In this document: positions 1-12,442 of the stretch, one piece after another | How the letters are laid out: each line of letters starts with the position of its first letter | How positions within the stretch are numbered: the first letter of the stretch is position 1 | Assembly (NCBI GenBank): GCA_964187785.1 | Contig: OZ076409.1 | Span: 47,370,001 to 47,430,000 of the forward strand | DNA: 60,000 bases | Direction: 5' to 3' | From: Amphiscolops sp. MND2022 | Taxonomy: Eukaryota | Translations under genes and position numbers: made by a program | The notes under the pieces: generated by a model | The model's input: only the letters and a program-made list of their open reading frames with translations | What the model was told of the DNA's origin: nothing | Databases searched by the model: none

Positions 1-606
1 AAATAATTCAAATTTTTCCGATTTCCCGTCGAACGTTGGGAGAGATGCCGTTAATGCTTTTGGCATAGGCAGCGTAGTGCTGTCGCCTTTTTCCGACGCA
101 AACAAAGTTCTCGCTACAATTGGACGTTCTTTTGACGCCGGTTGACTTTGAGACCGGGCTTTCGTTCTTTTTGGCTGGTTAGTGGAGTCGGTTAGAACTC
201 CTGTCACCATGTTACGACTGGTGTTCGGGTCGTTTTGTGTTGAATTTATCCTAACAAGTTTAGTAGGGGTGTAAAAACTTCTAGTGTCATTTTCTATTTC
301 TTCCTCGACATTTTCCCTAACGTTTCCCCTTGTTTCAGGTTTTAAGAGTTTCAACATTTCTCTCTGGGAGTCGATGAGGAGATTCTTAATTTCAGACGTT
401 ATTTCTTCCTTCAACGAGGCTCTCAAGCTTTCTAAGAAACTATTTTCCACCCTTGAAGATTTTGGTTCTGACGGGCCTGCGTCGTCAACATCCTGGTTTG
501 GAAGACAAGGGTTCCTTATTTCTACCGGTGAAATAAAACCTTCACTTACATTCTCATTGCTCTCCTGTTGGATGTTTCTTCTCTTTTGACTTCTTGTTGT
601 AGACAT
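1..606 (-). CDS. gag: Gag N-terminus of Gypsy element A (runs off the left edge)
   Basis: ATG at 606; MSTTRSQKRR...LKEEITSEIKNLL...NTSRNMVTGV resembles the start (MPSTRKQKA) and PBS-encoded MVTG of the element C Gag. Confidence 0.8.
   Translation of the reverse strand, partial: MSTTRSQKRRNIQQESNENVSEGFISPVEIRNPCLPNQDVDDAGPSEPKSSRVENSFLESLRASLKEEITSEIKNLLIDSQREMLKLLKPETRGNVRENVEEEIENDTRSFYTPTKLVRINSTQNDPNTSRNMVTGVLTDSTNQPKRTKARSQSQPASKERPIVARTLFASEKGDSTTLPMPKALTASLPTFDGKSEKFELF
198..209 (-). promoter_or_regulatory. Primer-binding site of element A
   Basis: TGGTGACAGGAG directly after the LTR end (...CGTAACA); identical 12-mer in element C. Confidence 0.8.
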
Positions 607-2535
607 GTTGAAGAAAAGATTTATCTTGAAGAATTGATTTTTCTTTTGAAGAAGTTTTCTAACAAAGTTAGGCAAAGATTTGGTGAAATTGAAAATTCAA
701 ACTGAATTACACAATTACAAAAGACTGAGTCCCTGAGTTAGCGAAAATCATTCTATATATACCCTCCTGGCATCATTTGATAACGATTAAAACCCTAATT
801 TCCTTCGAACAATTAGTCACTTCCTGTATTTTCGATGAAAAATCATTTTGTTCCCAATTTTACGTCGACATTTCGTCAATTTTTGAGACACGGCAATTCC
901 AATCTAGCATTAGTCATCAACCATGATCATATCATTTCAGCTCGGCGTCCTTTTGCTTTCCTCCCAAGCAGGAAGTAGATATTACTTCAGTCTGTCAAAC
1001 CGGAAATATTTCCCTGTTTTACTGACTTGGTTCGCGGGAAAAATGACGCTGAGATGACGCTGACGTGAACAACTAATACTCAATTTGGAAATCAACTCGA
1101 TGAATTGTGATGACTAATTTCAAATTAAGGTTATTTGAACGATGCTAAGAAAAGGCTTTGAAATAATTTGGGACGCAATCTTTTGGTTAAAATTAAATTT
1201 ATAGTCCTCAACAAACTAGATGCAAATGTATGCCCCAACTCTGGCTTGTCGCGGCGAGTGCGACAAGGTTACAAATTAAATTTAACAGAACAAAACTTTA
1301 AACATCAACTCTAAACTGCATTGTAAAATGAGCTTGCATTGGCATTAACAATCTCATTTGGAGGAATAACATTTAGTTTTAATAACATTAACAGGTACAA
1401 AACCTTTCGAGTATAAATATAAGGCAACGCAATGGCATCGTCTTGTAGAATGGATTGATGAATTTATGGTACAAAAGTTTATCCAACAACGGCTTCATGA
1501 CACAGATCACAGCAAATATATAAAAATACCTCAGGTAGTAAAATATCGACATTCGTTTAGTGTTAGGAAATAAACCATGACTTTTGTTCTATTAGAAGCG
1601 GAAAAATTCTCCTTTTAAGCTAGTCCCTAAGTGATTCTGATCTAGTCATAATTTACCCGACAAAATGCAGGTGTATCCTTGTATTTTTCCCATTTTAACC
1701 TAAAATGAGCGCATCGTTTACATTAAATCCGTTACAATCATCGCGCATCATGTTATTTTGGATGGATGAAAACAGTTATTTTGATGGATTTGCGACAACA
1801 TAACGACAAGTTTCTTAGCTAACTTGGCAGCTTGCCAAGTTTGACGAGTAGCTGACGCATATTCTAGAATGAATTTCTGACTAGCTACCAAGTAAGACGA
1901 AGTGCTGACGTCACAATTTGGAATGAAATTCTGGTTAGCTGCCTAGTTAGTGACGTCATAGCGACGAGTAATTTGGATTAATTCTAGTTAGTTAACTAGT
2001 CAACGACGTGTCAATGACGTCATTACAAATATTGAAAATTGCATGTACCACCAACATTTGTTTGTTCAGCAACGCGGTACCGTCCTATTCTGCATTGATT
2101 GCTGTTCAGAGTGCAATTAAGCTGCCTTTCTTAGAAAGGCGTAAATAATTCAGCGTGCCGTCTCAAAGTATTTCCTATTTTAGTTCTTATTGATGTTCTT
2201 TTCTGATAGACTGTTTTGGATATTTTCCATCTAGATCGGATTATGGCTTTTATTCTAAGGTGTATTCTTAATTAAGTTTTCAGGTGGCGAATGTTTTTAA
2301 TTTGACGAGACAAGAACGTCTTGCCGGAAATGTGCGAAATCATTTTTGCTCATTTTAATTTCTGTTTTCCATTTTCATTTTGTAGTTTGCGCAACGCTGA
2401 CGTATATTTTAGTCACAGTTTATTAAGTTTCAAATTTAACGAGTTACCATCTCGGGAATCTGAGGTTGCAGCCATGTCCTCGTCCTATTTTCATCCGACG
2501 ACAGCCACACGCCAGACCGGGAGCGGGCTGTGACA
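210..2535 (-). mobile_element. 5' LTR (~2.3 kb) of Gypsy element A
   Basis: Plus-strand ends TGTTACG...TGTGACA; PBS adjoins 210; the TGTCACAG start on the minus strand matches the LTR start of element C; partner LTR is outside the window. Confidence 0.65.
1850..2022. repeat. Degenerate ~55-bp tandem repeats with TGACGTCA (CRE-like) motifs in LTR A
   Basis: Three TGACGTCA copies and repeated GAAT(G)AA(A/T)TTCT..TTAG units. Confidence 0.55.
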
Positions 2536-2912
2536 CTCCTTGAAACGCGTCGCCTCAATTCGATCGCATTGGAATTGACGTGAACTTTCCAGCAAAAACT
2601 CGCATGAGCAACTCTTTATTAATGCCACTTTTGTGAGACTGAAAAACGTTTGTAGTCAACGGTCTAGAGAGTAAATTGACGTTTTTTGAAAATACCAAGA
2701 ATCGTTAGAGAGGGTTTCCTACACGAGTTAAGAGATTTTTTTTCACATTTGATCTGGAGAAAGCGCTGGAACATCTCAGAACATAAGTGTTTCATCAAAG
2801 AATCTACCTCCAATCCACCGACTTTAAATGTCAACTCACCATCACCCTAAGGTCATCTATACCTTGTGTGAACATAAATTAGTAGCCACGTCAGTAAGAA
2901 GCATGTGGTCAG

Positions 2913-4730
2913 TGTCTTAAGCACAAGTGTTCATAGGTCCGTCATTAGGACGATCACGGATTGGCTCACTTCTTGAGTTTCCTCTGGATTTCTCATTGCA
3001 GAACCTCTCGGAGTTCACCTCCGGTCTCTCTGACGGAACGTCCCATCAATCTTGTGTCAAACGACCTGATCCGGAATTAAGGGCAGTTTCAACCTGAGGC
3101 AACATTTGGTTACTGATTGGATCACTAATCGCCCTTTGGATCTGGGTGTTAAGACTACTCATCATTTCATCTAATTCTCTTGATAACCTCGAGTTCAACT
3201 CACTCGACAGTCTGTTGATCTCTGCACTAGAATTACCACTAGCCGAATTTTGGCCATAATCAGCATCAATACCAGTACCGACATTTCTTGAATCTAAGAA
3301 CCTGTTCTCATCAATGTTTTCACATTCATCGCCCAAGGTGCTTTCTGACCTTCCCGCATGGTTGCTGTTAAGGCTTTCGTCTCTTTCGTTTCTATTAAAA
3401 TGATTTTATCCAAGCCTGATGTCTAGATTTTCTACATCTGATAGAATCTCAATTCCTCAAGATTTCTAGCTTTCTTTTGCTTTCTTGTAGTAGGCATTTG
3501 AAGAGAACTCGAGATAAAACAGTGAATTGAACTTAGCTCGAAAACAATATTTTAAGGTTAAACTGAATAGTAAGCAGAATAAACAAATTGTGTCCTCCCA
3601 AGGAAAATAGCGGATAAATATATTCTCTCGGGAATGACATTCGTTCTCAATGTAAATAACAAGTTCCTTAAAAGGCACATGACAACATTCCTGGTGAGCA
3701 AATACCACACTTATCACCGTTGGGGTGTGACTGCTTCAGGAATGTGACCACATCATCTTCAAGTACACAAAATATGCGCTGCTGGTACGTGCCGCCACGT
3801 GAACGCTAAAGCACAGGACTGTGTACAATAAATACGATTACATGTAAAGTGCAACACGGAAGTAAGCCCAATTCGGCCAATTATTTTAATTTTGAATTTC
3901 CATTGGGGTATGGGCAAACTATTGAGAACAGCACGAAATAGACGTTCTGAATCATTTACGAGCCGTTCAATGCATTCAAAGGTTTAAGACAAGATTTACA
4001 TCAATAAAAAAAAGTATATTGCGTTTTACATGTTCGAGTCAAAATAGGCCAATGGCCTTACAAAAAACAATTGACATTAAAATTTGGTCAAATGGACCTA
4101 ACAGGCAATTATTCATCATAACTGCATACTAGCACTGATCAGAAAATTACCTATCATAAAAGGCACAGGTACGTAATTTTTGGTCAAGTACATGGGCGGT
4201 TGATATCCTACTTTCATTTTGAACAAAGTGGCCGGAATCGGCCGTTTGACTAAAGTATCAATTGTAAGTGGCAATATTACGGCAACTGGCTTTACTCGGC
4301 TATTATTGATAACTTGAAATAGAAAAAACTAATGCTGCAATATGATTGGCTAGGACGACGTGCTCAAGTGACGCTTTCGGATTAGCACTGTACATCACTT
4401 GAACACCTTGAGCACTTCCTATACTGCCTCACAGTTGCTTCTAATTTGTATTGCATTTAGCTCAGCAATTTTACATTGTACTAGCTCACATCATTCAATC
4501 GCCTGATTTGGATATTTCCAAATCGTATTGTTTTAACAGACTAAGAACAATTCCAATAATGCATAAAACATTGTATGGGTAAATAAAAATAGGAGAAAGA
4601 GCAAGCAAATATGGGTTTTCTAAAAGTTCGGTAGTTTGTATTTAAAAGGTAGGCAAAGTGCCTGGTATTATTTCTCGTCCGATTGCGGAAGTAGTCACGG
4701 TCGTACCATCACAGGCGGCAGCCTGCGACA
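2913..4730 (-). mobile_element. 3' LTR (~1.8 kb) of element B with a decayed Gag N-terminus (~2913-3497)
   Basis: TGTC...GACA ends; minus-strand start TGTCGCAGGCTGCCGCCTGTGA is nearly identical to element C; ILSDVENLDIRLG and SRELDEMMSSLNTQIQRAIS match element C Gag. Confidence 0.75.
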
Positions 4731-5417
4731 CTGCAGGTGCTACCAAAAGAAGAGAACCAGCATTCGGGCTTCCCTTCTAAGTCTAGTTATTTGTTCTGAC
4801 TCTCCTCTGGGCGTAGATCTTGACATGTACCAGTCCACCTTCTCCTTTTTGATCACGTCCACGGAACGGCCACAGACCATACATCCCGTGTAGCGTACCT
4901 CACTAATGTTTTGGTAGGGCCTTGTATTCTGAATGTGGTACGAAGCATGGAAACCATCTTTGACAGGCTGGACTAGTGGAGTGTCTTGACTTGGCCCCCT
5001 CTCGTGATCTGGTGGCGGCATCGGCGATTCTAGGACTGGCAAAATTGTGTTGCAACGCTCTGTCCATGTCCTTTCAGTCCTCTTCAGAGAGGCGTAACAC
5101 ATCTCGCGATCGAAATATTTGTAATCCAATTTCGGCTTCACGTCTGCGTGTATTTGAGATGTGCTCGGGCCCGCAACCATTTCGTCTTCTTTGGGGTCTT
5201 CAGTAGTCGTAATTCTACCGCCAATGAGCATGGGACTAGCGGTAACTTCTTTTTCTATGCGTGCTATCAGTTGCTCTGTATCGGTAGAACAATCTGTCTC
5301 CCAGTCCTCTGAGAGCTCATCTTCACTGCTTGATATATAAATTACGGAATTATCAGACTCATCTGAGTTAGACTCATCCAAGTCGAATAGCTTTCTTGAG
5401 AGATTTAATTTCTCCAT
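4642..5417 (-). pseudogene. Sense accessory ORF of element B, frameshifted near 4770, ending inside the LTR
   Basis: Shares P.L.GGR..T, SPM.PP....GPSQ, C.VCG.S, AGS.....VSQAAACDG and PG.LP with the ORF at 31001-31821. Confidence 0.8.
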
Positions 5418-8400
5418 TATAAATTTCTTGACGATTTTTGAAACTAATAAAGCAGCTGATTGGCAATGTGATTTGAGACAAAATGAATTTATCAAAATTA
5501 CAACTCGGGCCTATTTAGGATTTTTCCTGGAGTTTCAGTTTGGCGGTAGAAACTTCGGTTGATAGTCCTGATCTGTCGTAAATTTTTCCGAATGGAATTT
5601 TTCAGCGGTAACAAGTCTTGGAATTCTTGAATGTAACCCCCCCTCTCACCTTCTCAAGTGGATCGGAGAAGAGTCTTTGAGTTGTTTACAACAAATATCT
5701 CCATATCAAGTGGGTAATTAGCAGCGTGCTTGCGTGTTTTTAACGACATGCGCCGCTAGGTTTCTTCCAAAATAGCTTCAGTCAATCAAAGATGAGCTTC
5801 GATAAAATGAAAAATGAATAGTAAATTGGCGGAAATAATAAATCTAGATAATTCAAAATGGCGAAACTTTAACTAAAATAATAGGGGTAACGGAACAAAA
5901 CGACAAAACGAAATAAGGTAAACGGCCATAATCGGCTCCTAACTAAAAATGTTGTAAGTATTGAAGAAATCCCCTGTACATTTCGCTGGCAGACTTCATG
6001 TACATTTTAAATAGGTAAATAGCCATATAATAATAGCCTGGTAAAATCTTCAGCCACCATTTTTTCGATTGTTTTTCCAAATCAATACCCTTTACAATTT
6101 GCATCCGTTATATTTGTATTGTTCATCGTCTGGATTTTTTCAACCACTCCTATCTTCCTTTGCCTCCAAGCCTTGTTGTCAACCATATCCGTTTCTGGAT
6201 TCCCCAGTTTTTCTCCATTCTCAGCCCAACTCGGCCATTGTCTCAAACACCATCAAACTTTGATCAGCCAACTGAGGACTGTTTCCTGGAAGATTACCTT
6301 ACTGCAATAGAATGTCTTCTAACTCAGGTTGGTTCACGTTTCATATTTTGAACTAGTTTAACTTGATCAGAGCTAACCTTTATTCATGAGGCGCTTCCCT
6401 CTTCCATCTAAGAACGTGTGAAAACACGTCTTTCAAATTCAAAAGTCACTTCCGGAAGATTTCTAATGCGGCAAATGGATGCGTTTCGAGGAAGCTTAAC
6501 GCCAAGTTTTTTTTTCTTTTCGTTTAGAGAACCAAAGCTCCGAGGACGACGCAGCAACAAGTCCACTAGTAACCTCTCCACCTGTTTCCACGGACACGGC
6601 TATTCTGGATCCACAGAATGTTGCTGACCTTCTTAACTCTCCCCTGAGTGCTGACAGTGAACAGGACATTAGCGCTTATGCCGAAGCGAAAATTCAAAGT
6701 ATAGAGTCTGATGGGCTTTCTTCCACTGTGGGACTAATTGCCCAGGCTGCTGAAGCGGGATCAGAAGCCCAAGCCAAAGAAATGGCCAGTCAAGGACTTT
6801 CACCAGTAGTGATGCTGCGAACAAGTACCTCTATTCCAACGACAGACGAGTGGGCGGCAAGTTCCAGAATCTGGTTTACAAATTGTTGAGACTTCAGCAT
6901 CACAATTGCCAGAACTTCTACCCGCACCACGCCATAATCCAGTAGGGACACCTGCGTTGGCAGCCCAGACTGATGATGATAATGACTCATCTGTGTATGA
7001 AGTCCCTGCTCTGCCTAGTAACTACCCGAAAATACGTTTCCTCACCGATCTGAGTGAGACCGAAAAAACTGTTGAGGAGGCAAGCACCACTGGCCACCTT
7101 CAGTTATATGGCAACATTCCTAACACGTCAGGGTCAGGAACCGAGGCTGGGAAAGAACCAACTGCGCAAGTTGCTGGTCCCCCGCACCAGGGATACACAG
7201 CCACAACTTCTAGAGGGATAGAAGACAACCTCCCTGAGTTGCCTGGAAATCCAGGGCAATCCTTAAGACTTGTTTCGACGAGGCCCGAGCTTTCAAGCTG
7301 CCCCCAGGACATTCAACAGTGGCTTTTACTGAGCCACAAGTATACCACTTATTGCGGGTCTTCACAGACGAAACGCTCCGAATGTCTAACGATACCATGG
7401 AGAGAATGGTTCTTCATGCAGTGAGGGGCAAGGCTGCAACAGCTCCCTCCAGGACAGCACACTTCTACAAGAGCTAGGGCTTCCACCCCTTTTAGAAAAC
7501 TCTCCAGTGATTCCAGTGAAGTAGAAAGAGGAGGCGATTCGAATGCTGACACTGCACTGAAGACAGGACCCAAAGAAGACTCTCACTAGCACTCTAGTCC
7601 CGGGACCTCTGCCAGGCAAGTTGAGGAAAGTGCCCTAGAGACTGATCCTAGCAGCCAAGACATAACCCTTTCTGAAGTGAGAGAACAAGTGCTAGACACT
7701 ACATCCAAGAGACAGAGCATTTCCAAGAAACCAGGTCGGCCCAAGCGACAACAACAGCGTGGAGTTCCAATGCGTGACGAATTCTTGCGAAGATTGGATG
7801 GACAAGGATCTTTTATTTCTGGACCTGCAGACCCAATCCACAATCCACACATGGTTTGGTGTCATGTGTGTAAGGAGAATTTTTCGATTAAGACCAAGGG
7901 CCCCTTCGAATTTCTTCGGCATCACCGCAGTGAAAAACATCTGAGACGTGACCAGCGATGGAGGTACGAACACCTCAGGAGTCTTGACCCGGTTACTGGT
8001 AAGGTACAACACCGAGTTAGAGGCCGAAACGGGAAGCTACTGACAAAAATTGAGCTGGCAAAGGAATTACCAAAATTCATCCACGTTGAACTAGTAGATT
8101 TGGATGAGCGTTTCCCTTTCTACGACGACTTTGTCAGAGACCGAACAACTCCCCACATTACGCCTGAGTCACGAGCTCGAACCCAACTAAATATAGTCTC
8201 TGACTTCCTTCAGACTCAAGGAGACTTGTGCAAACTCCGAAACTTATGCGCACGGATCAGTTCCTTCACCGATCACCAGGCTGCTCTTTGTGATTTCGAC
8301 TGGGGTGAAGAACGATTGTCTGTAAGTATATCCCCAACTGAACCTTTCGTTCAAGTCATCTGATAAGATCATCAACACTTCGTTCTCATTTCAGGCCATA

Positions 8401-11157
8401 TTGCAGCACCTCTTCAATTGCGCGATGAGCGATATCGCTGAGCATGTTGCCTCGGAACAGTGTTTCGGACTTGAATGTGAGGACAAGGGGGCCAGCAGGT
8501 TCATATCCCTGCTCTTTTGGAAGAAGTCGGAACTGTGCCGAGTCCTGGTTTGTCGCAGTTGGTTGCCCTCCACTGAGTTAACTGGAGAGTTGATGTCCCT
8601 AGCTCGACTGCTGTCTGTGAATCTGACTAAAATTGATATAGTAGCCTGTTCCGGGTGTCCAGTCGACTTCGTGCACACGATCGATGAGATGCCAAGCTTT
8701 ACCCGTTCGGTCTAGAGCTGCTTTCGCTTCGAAAAACTAGACTTGCAGCGTTTGATGCACAAAACGAGCTACAGTGTCTTTGGGAACATTGACTTTTTCT
8801 CTGTACTGAGCGGCTTAGCGATTTCTCTAGAAAGATCGCTCACGGGAGTCTGGGTGCAAGGAAGCCCTGAACTCACTCGAGTAACTTAGCTTTACTTTAT
8901 TAGTAGTAGATAATACTCAGGGCAAGGTTAAGGTTAGTTCTCCTAATACATGCCGAACTCGGGACTTTCTCTTTTAGGCAGTAATCAGCTGCAGACTGGA
9001 TTTGCAGACTTTGCCGACACTGTGCAAAGAACTCATTGAAGAGTGGAAATCCTTGGTGGCATACTTGAATCTTCATGCCCCACAACAGCAGGGGCAAGGC
9101 GTACGGAGCAGGGTGAGTAAATGAATCTATCTGAACTTGATCCGCACCTGGGTTCTGGAGTTTTAGGATTTGAGTTGAAAATGCTTTAAGGTTCTAGGAA
9201 AATAACTTCGCGTTTTGTTCCTGGTACAGAGTTTCGATTGGTCACTTATTTGTGATGAGTTTTTCCTGGTCAAACTGGAAATCTTCTACTGGAAAATTTA
9301 GTCAATGACTGTTAGTATTCCACTAAGTGTTCCGGGTATCATTCCAGTTCCGGAGTGGGTCATCATTACAGAGGGGTAACCGGCAACGAAAATACAGATG
9401 GAAAGCGATGGACATGTATGAATGTATGGGCCAAAAATGCACTTTCGTTTCGCAGCCAAAACTGTTGCCTATTGATTTCCGAGGCAGCACAAGCTAGGTA
9501 TTGAGTTTTTTTGCAAGAGCGATGGCTTTACTTGCCCATGAATTATCGTTGATGATTGTAAATCGGGCAAGTAATTCCATCGCATTCGCAATGAAACTCA
9601 ATATTTAGATAGATCTGCCACTCGCTTCGGCCAATTCAATACATTGCTTTGACATGGAAGTGTCTCAATATTTATCTACACATGCAGAGTTTCAGTGTTC
9701 ATTTTTTGGTTCATCAAATTAATTCGGCAATATTTTTTGAACAAGCTTTATCAGTTCAATTTATATTTTCCCAGTTTTTTAGGGGAGAAATTTAAATTGG
9801 CAATGACGAAAATCTTCGTTCCGAAGCCAATCAATGCAGGATTATTACCTTGATGATATTTGGTTTACTATATTTTAATACTGTTTAATACTTATTTTTT
9901 CCTTTCTTTTGTATATAATGGCAATTATGATCGCGCAATTATGATAATGACAAATAATTTGATTTAATATGATGTGTATGTATATTATGATGTGTTAGTA
10001 TGTAGGTTTGATGTATTTTATTTTTTGGAAATTATTAATTGAATCAGTATCTTGTGAATCGTTTTTGTTTTGGGGCAAAAGAACAGTATAGTTGATATAT
10101 AATATGAGTTTAGGTTTTTTGACAACATAATGCCTTTAAACAATTGAGTCAAACAAAAAGTAATGAGGATTTTCTCATTAAATTGTTCAGAAAGACAAGC
10201 CCGAAGAAAGTTCTTATCATGCCATTTTAATCTTCTTGTAACCTCCTGATCTTCTTATGGTTGATATATAATATGTGTTTAAGAATATTCAATCATAACA
10301 AAAGAGCTGTTCAATATTTGTACAATTACTACAAAAAAACTTTATTCAATTGCTCACCTTGATTGATATAAGATATGTTTAAGTTTAGTGAATCAATAAC
10401 AAAAAAATTGTTTGATAGTTGTACAATTACTACAAAAACAACTTTATTAAACTATTTACCTTATCAGTCATCAAATCGAACAGTTTTGTCAGACAGAGTG
10501 TTGCTGGATACAAGGTAGAGTGATGAAAAATATGGAGGTTTGATAATCATTATTCAAATTTATTTCGGAGAAAAAAGTACCTGGGAATTGTTTAATAAAC
10601 TTCTAATATTCGGCAAATTCTTGTCTTTAGTTGAATAGGCATATCTCGGACATTTTTTGATATGTATTCAGATTTTATATCAAATTAAAAGGCCACACTT
10701 GGTGAGAAACGAATGGACAGATTATGTTCAACGAAGAGTTGAGTTCACTCATGCGTTTCCGAGATTTTCAGTTATGAACAACAAAACTCGCCCATGCATT
10801 CCCGAGTTTTTACCCAACATTTTTCAAGTTTTGGAAGGCCTTGCAGGTTGAGCAGGCCCAGCGGGTTGAGAAGAACGTCATCATGAAGACGGCTGGTACA
10901 GTGAAGGCAGACTTCGTCCGAGATGGGCAATCATACCAGCAGTTCTTAGTGAGTGAAGTCCTCAGGCGGGCTGGTTTGAGCTCCAAGCTTGTCAAGGGAT
11001 TGGCCGCCTTTATCCTATTGTAATGCTCAAGAGACCCACAGACGTTGCCGTGCGGCATTTTGACATGTTGTATAGCACCTTTCTCCTTAGGTCTTGGGTC
11101 ACCACTACCAATGAATCCGCCTGCCGAGATGAGTATTTGGGACTTGTCGACCATCTC

Positions 11158-11640
11158 GGTGGGGTATTTTTGGATCGAATTTTTGTGTGAGCGAAAAGCG
11201 ATATCGAAAATGGATCGAAGGATTTGAGATCGAATTTTTCCGGTTTTGCTAGGTTTTTGCTCCTGTAAAGTGTTTAAAAGCGTTTAAAATTATTTAGGTA
11301 GTTTTCCCCACCTAATATGGGATCATATACGGTGTATGCACGCTCGCCCTCACCGTCGCAAGGACCAGCTCCCACTACGATCGCTTCGCGATCTCCGTTC
11401 CCGCTAGGTCTTTGCTCCTGTTCGACCTCGCTTAGCAAGATGGGAACACAAGCGGCCCCAAGGGGCCGCGGGGCATTAGAGGAAATGGGGGGCATATCCG
11501 ACGGCCAAAAACATTGTTATTTGAAAACGCTAGGTATTTGAAAACATGGATTCGGTCTCAATTTCTTTGACCATTTTACTTCGATCTCAGTGACAGATTG
11601 CATATTCGCGCAAATTCATTCGATCCAAACGCCCACCGCC
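11158..11640. mobile_element. MITE, Mutator-type
   Basis: 9-bp TSD GACCATCTC (11149-11157, 11641-11649); imperfect TIRs containing TTTGGATCGAAT; removal restores ...LVDHL-HSSYP. Confidence 0.8.
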
Positions 11641-11900
11641 GACCATCTCCACTCCAGTTACCCTTCTTTGTTCGAGGTTACCAACAGTTCCAAAGATCTG
11701 ATCGATTTTCTCATCAACCTGGAGTTTATGCAGTCTCATCAGCATTTGTTGCATTTATTCAAGCTGTGTTGCCCATGTGCCACCTCCATTAGCCCTAGTA
11801 ATCCTGCAGTTACGATGAGGTCAATCAACACTTCGGGACATCACAGCAGATTCACTGATGTTATACTGCCATGTCAGAGTTACCTCTCGTCCGTCCCTGG

Positions 11901-12442
11901 GGAAATGGTCATTTCGCCTAATGCCATTTCGCCTAAAGTCATTTCGCCTAACGTGTTTGGTCACTTCGCCTAATTTTTTTAGGCGAAACGTCTTTTACTT
12001 TGGTCACTTCGCCTAATTTTTTTTCAGAAACGTGAAAAACACATGAAATTGGAAAACAAATAAATCGTTTAAGATCTAAAACTAAAAAGTGATATAAAAT
12101 AGAAAACGTGCCTCGGATATGTCCCATTCCTTCTAGTGCCCCGCGGCCCCTTGGGGCCGCTTATGTTCCATCTTGCTAAGCGAGGTCGAACAGGAGCAAA
12201 GACCTAGCGGGAACGGAGATCGCGAAGCGATCGTAGTGGGAGCTGGTCTTTGCGACGGTGAGGGCGAGTGTGCATACACCGCATATGCCCCACATTTTGA
12301 TATTTTCGCTTTCAGAAAGCCTTTTTCGAAACATGATTATTTAGACGTTATTCCCGTTTGGTCATTTCGCCTAATTTTTTTAGGCGAAATGACTCAACTA
12401 AATTTTTAGGCGAAATGGCATTAGGCGAAATGACCTGTATCC
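11901..12442. mobile_element. MITE, Mutator-type, with repeated CATTTCGCCTAA subterminal motifs
   Basis: 9-bp TSD CGTCCCTGG; TIR GGTCATTTCGCCTAATGCCATTTCGCCTAA at both ends. Confidence 0.9.

Noticed and set aside
2536..2545. AAGGAG before LTR A as a PPT, implying a tandem shared LTR
   Set aside because: Adjacent 2536-2912 shows no convincing accessory ORF; more likely target DNA, unresolved without the other end
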